Below, in pieces: positions 28,977-36,196 of a stretch of 40,362 nucleotides of DNA. The stretch covers positions 1 through 40,362 of the forward strand of contig JAGAFI010000032.1 of assembly GCA_017612675.1 (NCBI GenBank). Direction: 5' to 3'. The position numbers were made by a program, and so were the translations under genes. The notes under the pieces were generated by a model. The model made no database searches. It saw nothing but the letters and a program-made list of their open reading frames with translations, and was not told the origin of the DNA. Each line of letters starts with the position of its first letter. Within the stretch, counting starts at the first letter, position 1. Origin of the DNA: Bacteroidales bacterium (GTDB lineage: Bacteria; Bacteroidota; Bacteroidia; Bacteroidales; UBA932).

Positions 28977-30008
28977 ATGAAGCGTTTCCTATGCTTATCC
29001 GGTGCGGTGTTGTTGCTTGCGCTGTCTTCCTCCGCCTGCCAGCAGGAGAAGCCGGCGCCGGAAAAACCCGCTCCGGTCCAGGCGTCATGTGTGGCGCCTC
29101 CCTTCCTGCAGGAGGGGGATAAAATCGCCATCATCACGCCATCCTATTCCATCAACAACTCCTATATCCAGACCTGTTGCCGTTACCTGCAGAGTTGGGG
29201 CTACCAGACCGTGTATGCCCCGCATGTGGGGGAGACATATCCTGCGACCAAGTCCTATCTGGCAGGCAGTCCGGAGCATCGGGCGGAAGATTTGCGCTGG
29301 GCGCTGGAAAACGATGACATCAAGGCCATCGTGTCCGCGAATGGCGGGTACGGCGCCATCCAGATTCTGGACCTCGTGCCCCTGTCCCTGTACCGGGAAC
29401 ACCCGAAATGGATGCTGGGCTTCAGTGATTTCACGAACCTGTTGTCCGCCAGCGCCGTGGCGGGCGTGATGAGCATCCATGGCCCGACGGCATACCGTTT
29501 CTCGACCTATTTCACCGGGAAGACGGAAACGGAAGTGATGCTGCGGAACATGTTGCGCGGGGATTTGCCGACCTATCACCTCACGCCCAACATCAACAAC
29601 ATCCCCGGGGATGCGGAGGGGATGCTCGTGGGCGGAAACCTCTATACGCTCTGCGCCCTGTGCGGCACCCCTTACGACGTGATGGACCTGAACGGCACCA
29701 TCCTGTTCCTGGAAGAGACGGATGAATCCATGGCCCGTATCGACGAAATGTTCCAGACCCTGATGAAACAGCGCAGGCTGGAAGGGGTCCGGGGCATTAT
29801 TTTCGGGGATTTCGTGTATTATGACAGCGATTTGGAGTTTCAGGATATCAAGGCGGTGTTTGCCCGCTATACGTCCCGGCTCGGCATTCCCGTATGCTTC
29901 GGTTACCGGGGCGGTCATTCGTCCGCAGGCAACAATCCCCTGATTATCGGTGCGAAGGTAAAACTCCATGTCGATGACGATGAAGTGACTATTGAATACC
30001 AGTTATGA
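28977..30008 (+). CDS. S66-family LD-carboxypeptidase lipoprotein, catalytic residues intact
   Basis: Lipobox SSAC; PPFLQEGDKIAI, GGYGA, GFSD (nucleophile Ser), HGP, GGNL, LFLEE (Glu) and GGH (His). Confidence 0.9.
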   Translation: MKRFLCLSGAVLLLALSSSACQQEKPAPEKPAPVQASCVAPPFLQEGDKIAIITPSYSINNSYIQTCCRYLQSWGYQTVYAPHVGETYPATKSYLAGSPEHRAEDLRWALENDDIKAIVSANGGYGAIQILDLVPLSLYREHPKWMLGFSDFTNLLSASAVAGVMSIHGPTAYRFSTYFTGKTETEVMLRNMLRGDLPTYHLTPNINNIPGDAEGMLVGGNLYTLCALCGTPYDVMDLNGTILFLEETDESMARIDEMFQTLMKQRRLEGVRGIIFGDFVYYDSDLEFQDIKAVFARYTSRLGIPVCFGYRGGHSSAGNNPLIIGAKVKLHVDDDEVTIEYQL

Positions 30009-31042
30009 TGAAACACGCCATTTTCCATATACTTGCCTGTGCTTTCGTCCTGACGGCCCTGTCCTGCGACAAGGACACGCCGCAGGCGGGGGAGGACTGT
30101 CCGCTGCCGGAGACATTCACAGCCCCTGCGTTCCTGCAGAAAGGGGACAAGGTCGCCGTCATCGTCCCGTCGTTCTGGATGAACGAAGCCAATGTGGAAC
30201 AGCTTTGCTCCGCTTTGGAGGAGTGGGAACTGGTGCCCGTGCTGGGGGCGCATGTCGGTGAGCGGGAGCCTTATACCAAAGCCGGGTATGCTTACTATGG
30301 CGGTTCGGCGGAAGCGCGGGCGGAAGATTTGCGCTGGGCGCTGGAAGACAAGTCCGTCAAGGCCATCATCGTGGCGACGGGCGGCTATGGCGCCATCCAT
30401 CTGCTCGATATGGTGCCGCAGGCGAGTTACCGGGCCGCGCCGAAGTGGCTGGTCGGTTTCGACGACGCGACGCTGTTGCTGTCCGCGTCGCTGCTGTCCG
30501 GTACGATGTGCCTGCACGGACCGATGGGCGCCGGCATCGCTGTCCGCCGCCTCGGGGAGTCCGAACAGGCGCTGCGCCGCCTGCTTTTCGGGGAAGTGCC
30601 CGAATATGTGCTGAAAGCCCATTCCTGCAACAGTCCGGGGCATGCGGAAGGCCGGCTGGTCGGCGGCGACATCTTCAAGCTGCGCGTCCTCGCCGGAACG
30701 ACGTACGACATCGGGCGGATGGACGATATCATCCTCTTCCTGGAAGGCAGTGGTGCGAGCTATTCCGAACTCAACTGCGCGTTCAATACCTTGATGCGTC
30801 AGGGCAGGATGGACCATGTCAAGGGCATCATCTTCGGCCGGGTTTCCGGCAATTCCGCCAACTTGAACAATTACAGCAGTGCGGAGCAGATGCTCAGTTC
30901 GGAGTACACGTCCAAATTCGGAATTCCGGTCTGCTTCGGATTCGAGGCCGGCGATGGCGTGGTGAACAACCCGCTGGTCTTCGGCGCCCAAGTGACGCTG
31001 GACGTTTCCGCCACCGGCGCATCCCTCCGTTTCCAGTTGTAA
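30005..31042 (+). CDS. S66-family paralogue lipoprotein, probably catalytically inactive
   Basis: Lipobox ALSC; colinear with the upstream paralogue, but GFSD is GFDD and the C-terminal GH is GD. Start overlaps the upstream stop (ATGATG). Confidence 0.85.
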   Translation: MMKHAIFHILACAFVLTALSCDKDTPQAGEDCPLPETFTAPAFLQKGDKVAVIVPSFWMNEANVEQLCSALEEWELVPVLGAHVGEREPYTKAGYAYYGGSAEARAEDLRWALEDKSVKAIIVATGGYGAIHLLDMVPQASYRAAPKWLVGFDDATLLLSASLLSGTMCLHGPMGAGIAVRRLGESEQALRRLLFGEVPEYVLKAHSCNSPGHAEGRLVGGDIFKLRVLAGTTYDIGRMDDIILFLEGSGASYSELNCAFNTLMRQGRMDHVKGIIFGRVSGNSANLNNYSSAEQMLSSEYTSKFGIPVCFGFEAGDGVVNNPLVFGAQVTLDVSATGASLRFQL

Positions 31043-31108
31043 GCGCCCCGGCGTTTCAAGGACTCTTTTCCCGGCCTGTCTGCCTTGCGACCGGTCGGGG
31101 AAATGTTT

Positions 31109-32386
31109 TTACCCGAGCAGGGAAAAGACCCCGAAAGCCATCAGCCAGGCGATGCCGAGGGAATGCAGGACGGAGAAAAGTGACCATTTCCAGCCGATTT
31201 CCTTGTGCAGCGTCCGGACGGTGGCGATGCAGGGGAAATACAGCAACACGAAGATCATGAAGGCCAGGGCGGAAGCCGGTGTAAAGTCCCCGGATACGCG
31301 GAGGGTTTCCGGAAGGGGACGGGATGCTTCTGCCGGGTACAGGATGCCCATGGTGCTGACGATGGCTTCTTTGGCGGGCAGGCCGGTGAGGATGCAGACG
31401 TTCATCTTCCATGTGAAACCGAGCGGCGCCATCACGGGTTCCATGCCGCGTCCGATTTCTGCCAGGCAGGAACGGTCTTGTGCGGCCCTTCCGCCGTTTT
31501 CGTCAAGCGGGAAATACTCAAGGGCCCAGATGATAACCGAGGCGGCCAGGATGACGGTGGTGATTTTTTGCAGGTAATCCTTGGTGCGTGCCCATACGTG
31601 GCCGGCCCACGGACGCCAGGCGGGAACGCGGAATGCCGGCAGTTCGAACACGCTGTCTTCCTTGCCTTTGCGGAACCAGCGGGTGTGTTTCATCACGAAG
31701 GCGAACAGCACGCTGAGCAGGATGCCGGCCACATAGAGCCCAATCATCACCGGCGCCTTGTGGTCCGGGAAGAACGCCGAAACGAGCAGCAGGTACACCG
31801 GAAGCCGTGCCGAGCAGGACATGAACGGAATCATCAGCATCGTCAGGGTGCGGTCTTTTCGGTTTTCGATGTCGCGGGCCGCCATAATCGCCGGGACATT
31901 GCAGCCGAATCCCACAATCATCGGGATGAACGAACTGCCGTGCAGCCCGACTGCATGCATCAGCGTATCCATCAGGTATGCCGCCCGGGCCATGTAGCCG
32001 GAATCTTCCAGCACCGACAGGAAACAGAACAGAATGACGATGTTGGGAAGGAACGAGACCACTGCCCCGCAGCCGCGCAGGACCCCGTCTGCCAGCAGGC
32101 TGCTGAACCATCCGTCCGGCAGGCATTCTCCGAGCCGGAGGGCCATTTTGTCCACCCCGGCATCAATCCATGCCTGCGGATAGGCGCCGAGGGCGAAAGT
32201 CGCTTCGAAAATGAGGAAAAGGAGCAACACGAGGATGGGAAGCCCTATCCATCGGTTCGTCAGCACCCGGTCAATCCTGTGGGCGAAGCGACCGCCCCGG
32301 GGACCCGGGTTGCAATAGGCGCTGCCCCGTGTGTGCGGGCATTGCTCGCAGAGGCCGTTGCAGATATATCGCTTTTTCTCTTCCAT
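31109..32386 (-). CDS. FeoB-like membrane protein (gate and C-terminal domains only, no GTPase domain)
   Basis: IDRVLTNRWIG, LEDSGYMARAA, GFGCNVPA, PFMSCSARLPVY, FELP.FR.P, AKEAIVST and LLYFPCIAT motifs. Start ATG 32386 lies directly after a promoter motif; no G1-G5 motifs upstream. Confidence 0.85.
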   Translation of the reverse strand: MEEKKRYICNGLCEQCPHTRGSAYCNPGPRGGRFAHRIDRVLTNRWIGLPILVLLLFLIFEATFALGAYPQAWIDAGVDKMALRLGECLPDGWFSSLLADGVLRGCGAVVSFLPNIVILFCFLSVLEDSGYMARAAYLMDTLMHAVGLHGSSFIPMIVGFGCNVPAIMAARDIENRKDRTLTMLMIPFMSCSARLPVYLLLVSAFFPDHKAPVMIGLYVAGILLSVLFAFVMKHTRWFRKGKEDSVFELPAFRVPAWRPWAGHVWARTKDYLQKITTVILAASVIIWALEYFPLDENGGRAAQDRSCLAEIGRGMEPVMAPLGFTWKMNVCILTGLPAKEAIVSTMGILYPAEASRPLPETLRVSGDFTPASALAFMIFVLLYFPCIATVRTLHKEIGWKWSLFSVLHSLGIAWLMAFGVFSLLG

Positions 32387-32394
32387 CCGGACTG

Positions 32395-32402
32395 CAAAGA
32401 TA
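32395..32402 (-). promoter_or_regulatory. -7 promoter element of the feoB-like gene (near-leaderless)
   Basis: Minus strand TATCTTTG ends 8 nt before ATG 32386. Confidence 0.6.
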
Positions 32403-32540
32403 GTGCAGACAACGCTTTCCGGCAATCCCCAAAAATGGGGATTACGTGCCTGGGGGCGGGGAACGGAAACCTGATTCGTCCACCAACAGTACAAAGTCGC
32501 CGTCAGGCGCCGAAATACCCCTGACGGGGTTGAAAAGCTT

Positions 32541-32577
32541 AAAAGGGGCTGACTAAAAGCACGTTTTAGTCAGCCCC
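32541..32577 (-). terminator. Intrinsic terminator of the pgk-phosphoesterase operon
   Basis: Perfect 14-bp inverted repeat GGGGCTGACTAAAA-GCACG-TTTTAGTCAGCCCC (32545-32577), followed on the minus strand by TTTT, 18 nt after the stop at 32596. Confidence 0.8.
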
Positions 32578-32595
32578 CTGAAAAGCTCTTGCCGG

Positions 32596-35500
32596 TTACT
32601 TATAGGTGGCCAGTGAGAAGGTCTTGGGCCGCTTCATCGTTTCGGTATAGACCTTGCCCTCATCGTCCGTTACCTTGATATAGACGGTGGAGGAGGCACT
32701 GGATGCCGTGTAGGTAAACATATGCCAGTGGTTGGCCGGCTTGAAGGTCGGTGAGGACGTGGACTTGAAGCGCTGCGCCGTATAGGCAATCAGGTACAGC
32801 GGGTCATACGCCCAGGCGCGGGTACAGGCGACGAAGTTCTTGTTGTCTTCGCAGGCCTCCACCTTCCAGTTCGTGTTGTAGTCCCACACGTTGATGAGGA
32901 CCTGGTTGGCGCTGCTCGCCGTACCGAAGTCACCATATTCCTTCAGGTAGGACGCAAACTGGGTCTTGTAGGTCGTGATGCTGTAGTCCGCCGCCGCAAT
33001 CTTGATTTTGTTGCGGTCGTAGGTGCGGAACTGATAGGACGCCGCACGGCCCGTTCCCTTGTAGTACGAAGTGATGTTCGTTCCCTTGACGGTCATGACG
33101 CGATATCCGCCGGGAGCGCCGTCCTGGGTCACGTTGAGCGTGGAGTTGTAGTAGCCGCCCCACCACCAGGCTGCGCAGACGGCACCGCTGTTGCATTCCT
33201 TGATGTTGGCCTGCTTGAAGACGGTACGGTGCAGGTGCGTGTGGCCGGAGATGAAGCGCACGTTGGTGTGGTTGTTGAAGCACGCCGCAAATTCGTCCGC
33301 GTTATCCAGCTTGTTCTTGCCCGTGGTCGTCCAGACCGGGGAGTGCATCGTCACCACGATAGGCGTGTCTTTCGCCACGTACGCGAGGTCTTTCTTGATC
33401 CAGTCGAGGATGTAATCCACCACTTTCACGTTGTAGGAGCGGAAGCTGGCGTCGGTCTTGCTCGCCGTGGAGTTCGTACACTCGATGTTGTCCACGACCA
33501 TGTAGTGCACCTTGCCGATATTGAAGGAATAATAGTTCGGCGCGATGGTCGTCTTGTAGGCCTTGACCGTGTTCCAGTCGCCCGTCGCGTTCATGTCATG
33601 GTCATGGTTGCCGATGGTGTGGAAAATCTGCAGGCCGGAAATCGCTTTCACGTCCGCGAGGTAGCTGGAGAACGTGTAGCTGTTGGAATACCAGTACTGG
33701 TCCCAGGTCATGTCGCCGAGGGTCAGGGCGTAAATCTTCGCGGAGGAATTGTTCTTGATATAGTTGTTGATTTCCGTCGTGAAGGTCTTGAACTGGGTGC
33801 GGTCGTTGGTGCGGGCGGCGAGGTGGATGTCGCCGAATACCAGCATCGTGTGGTTGGTCTGGTCGCCGTCCGAGGTCAGGGAGAAGTCCAGTTGTTCCTG
33901 TACGGTGGCAGCGGATGCGGTCTTCTTGAAGAACTGCGGCAGCACGGTGGAAGAACTGCTGACCTTGTACCCGCTCGGGATGGAGATGAACACGTAGCCG
34001 TTTTTCTTCTCGGAACTCAGGGAGTACAGGCCGTTTGCATCCGTGGCGGTCACCTGGTAGCCGTCCGACACCACGACACCCTTGAGCGGGGTGGTTCCGC
34101 ATTTCACGTAGCCGTAGATGCTGGCTTTTGTGCCGTACAGGTCGCAGGAGAACTGCTTGCTTCCGCAGGCCGCCACGATTCCCGTCGTGATGTTGTTGTC
34201 CAGCAGGTAGTCGAAGAAACGGGCAGTGCAAAGCAGCTGGCGGTTCATGCTGCACATACCGGAGAGCTTCTTGCTCGTTGCGTCGAAATTATCGTTCGGG
34301 AAGCCGCAGTAATTGGCGAAACGCCCGTTGTTGGTTCCGTAGGTTACTTGCCTGGTAGCAAGGGAATTGAGCGTTTCCAGCGGCAGTTCGCTGGCTGCGA
34401 GTTCCGTGGATTCCAGCCAAGGGTCGGCAGCCATGGCGAAGCTGTCCGCTTCGGGGGCGGCATCTGCCATGCTCCCGCCATTGTACAGCGCTTGCAGCGA
34501 GCGGATGGCGACCGAGAACATCTGCGCCTTGGTCAGCGTTTTTCCGTTGAAGGTAATGGTCGTGGATTCCGGCACATAGTGGACGGCATTGAAAGTCTTG
34601 GACTGCGTCTTGACGGTTCCGATGGAACTGTTCCAGACATCCAGCACTTTGACGAACTGCTGGGCGAAAGCGCCGATGGAAGCGGTGGCCGGCACCGGAG
34701 TCGGCGTGTTGCCTTCGTCGTACAGGGCTGCATTCAACTGCATCGACGCGCAGGCCGTGGCGATGTTGTCGGATATCTCGTTGTCGATAAGGTACTTGTA
34801 GAAGCGGGCCATGATGAGCAGTGAGCGCTCGAGGCTGCAGACGCCCTTGTAGCCGCTTACCTGCGGGGTTCCCTTGGTGGAAACGTTTCCGGAGGCATCG
34901 GTGTACCAGCAGAAATTGCTCCACTTGTTGTTGGATTCCGTCCAGATGATTTCGCGGGAGGCGAAATTGAGCAGGAAGTTCAGGTCCACGGTCGTGTTCT
35001 GGAAAGCTCCGCCGTTGCCCTTGCCCTCGTTGTACGGGTTGTCGCCCCAGGCGTAGCCCCGGGCTGCCGGCAGCGCATCGGCCATCGTTCCGCCATTGTA
35101 CAGGGTATAGAGGCTCTGGATGGCGACGTCATAGGCGTTGGACTTGTTGTAGGACACCGCACCGAGTTTCATGCTCCAGTCAGCGGGAACATAATAGACG
35201 TCCGAGAACGTGTCGCCGCCGCCGACGGTAATGGTGCCGGTATTTGCCTTCCACGTGTCCAGGATGGAAATGAACTGGGAAGCGAAATCGGAAATGCACA
35301 CATGATCGGCTTCGACGCCTGCAAAGCTGACGTTCAGGCGGCACAGGCGGCCCTGCGCAAAGGTGATGCCGTTGCTGTTGGCCGTGATGGCTTTGGTATA
35401 GCTGTTCTTCGTGCCGATGACGCGGACGATGATGCTTTCACCTGCTTCCATTTTCACATCCCACGAGGTGAAATATACCTGTGCCGTACCGGCGGACAGG

Positions 35501-36174
35501 CTGGACTGCACCGTCACAGATTCGCTCGGCTCATATACTTCGACCATTTTGCCCGTCTTCAGGTTGATGGTGGCCTTGCCGGCGAGGTCTTTGCCCGGGC
35601 AGATGATTTCCACGGCCGTGGCATTTTCCGGCAGGTTGGTGAGCGTCAGCTGGTTCAGGGATACGCAACGTTTCCAGTAGGAAGTCAGGCTGGTCGGGAA
35701 TGCGGTGACCGTTTTGGCTTGCATCACCATCAGGTAGGCGGTCGGATCGAACGTGCCGGCGGGTGCCACCTGGGCGGCGGGCAGCGTTACCTTGACCGCT
35801 TCCGGGTTGGTGTTTTCCACACCGGCGACATTGATGTAGCAGGACGCGGGATAGAAACCGCCGATTTCGTAGGAAGACGCGCTGTCATACGTCACGGAGA
35901 AGGTAAAGGAGGCCGTTTTTTGCCCGGAAGCGGCAGACGCGGAGGTCTCGCTGGAGGCGGCGAACTTGTCCTTGCCGTCGTTGTACCAAAGGCGGACATA
36001 TTCATTGTCCCCCCAGATGATTTCCCGGTTGGCATTGATGCTGGTCTTCACGTCGTCGTCACCGGGGATGCACTCGACGGTCAGGACCGCGGGAATGGCT
36101 TTTTCCACCGGGTCTTCCTGCCGGCACGCCGACAGGACCGCGAGGGAAAGCAACAGGTAAAATACTTTTTTCAT
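32596..36174 (-). CDS. Large lipoprotein: fimbrillin-like N-domain, two ~185-aa repeats, calcineurin-like metallophosphoesterase (MetallophosN/Metallophos/MetallophosC)
   Basis: Lipobox LSAC; VKTS..IIWGD..FYPA..LPAAQ fimbrillin-like segment; GVVVSDG..T.TD..G.Y; FGDIH, LGDMTWD, GNHDHD, MHSP, SGHTH; DGAPGGY and YQFRTYD. Confidence 0.85.
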   Translation of the reverse strand: MKKVFYLLLSLAVLSACRQEDPVEKAIPAVLTVECIPGDDDVKTSINANREIIWGDNEYVRLWYNDGKDKFAASSETSASAASGQKTASFTFSVTYDSASSYEIGGFYPASCYINVAGVENTNPEAVKVTLPAAQVAPAGTFDPTAYLMVMQAKTVTAFPTSLTSYWKRCVSLNQLTLTNLPENATAVEIICPGKDLAGKATINLKTGKMVEVYEPSESVTVQSSLSAGTAQVYFTSWDVKMEAGESIIVRVIGTKNSYTKAITANSNGITFAQGRLCRLNVSFAGVEADHVCISDFASQFISILDTWKANTGTITVGGGDTFSDVYYVPADWSMKLGAVSYNKSNAYDVAIQSLYTLYNGGTMADALPAARGYAWGDNPYNEGKGNGGAFQNTTVDLNFLLNFASREIIWTESNNKWSNFCWYTDASGNVSTKGTPQVSGYKGVCSLERSLLIMARFYKYLIDNEISDNIATACASMQLNAALYDEGNTPTPVPATASIGAFAQQFVKVLDVWNSSIGTVKTQSKTFNAVHYVPESTTITFNGKTLTKAQMFSVAIRSLQALYNGGSMADAAPEADSFAMAADPWLESTELAASELPLETLNSLATRQVTYGTNNGRFANYCGFPNDNFDATSKKLSGMCSMNRQLLCTARFFDYLLDNNITTGIVAACGSKQFSCDLYGTKASIYGYVKCGTTPLKGVVVSDGYQVTATDANGLYSLSSEKKNGYVFISIPSGYKVSSSSTVLPQFFKKTASAATVQEQLDFSLTSDGDQTNHTMLVFGDIHLAARTNDRTQFKTFTTEINNYIKNNSSAKIYALTLGDMTWDQYWYSNSYTFSSYLADVKAISGLQIFHTIGNHDHDMNATGDWNTVKAYKTTIAPNYYSFNIGKVHYMVVDNIECTNSTASKTDASFRSYNVKVVDYILDWIKKDLAYVAKDTPIVVTMHSPVWTTTGKNKLDNADEFAACFNNHTNVRFISGHTHLHRTVFKQANIKECNSGAVCAAWWWGGYYNSTLNVTQDGAPGGYRVMTVKGTNITSYYKGTGRAASYQFRTYDRNKIKIAAADYSITTYKTQFASYLKEYGDFGTASSANQVLINVWDYNTNWKVEACEDNKNFVACTRAWAYDPLYLIAYTAQRFKSTSSPTFKPANHWHMFTYTASSASSTVYIKVTDDEGKVYTETMKRPKTFSLATYK
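34132..35298 (-). repeat. Two tandem copies of a ~185-aa protein module (about 35298-34720 and 34683-34132)
   Basis: Both copies begin I..FA.QF...LD.W....GT, contain YVP....(L/F)....K.....VAI.SL..LYNGG.MADA.P.A and end G.CS..R.LL..ARF..YL.DN.I...I..AC......LY. Confidence 0.85.
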
Positions 36175-36196
36175 ATACTTACAAAATTATTGTTTT

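Noticed and set aside
31067-31103. Imperfect hairpin between the convergent S66b and feoB-like genes
   Set aside because: It may be a bidirectional terminator, but the stem is interrupted and the U-tracts are short, so it was not listed as a feature.
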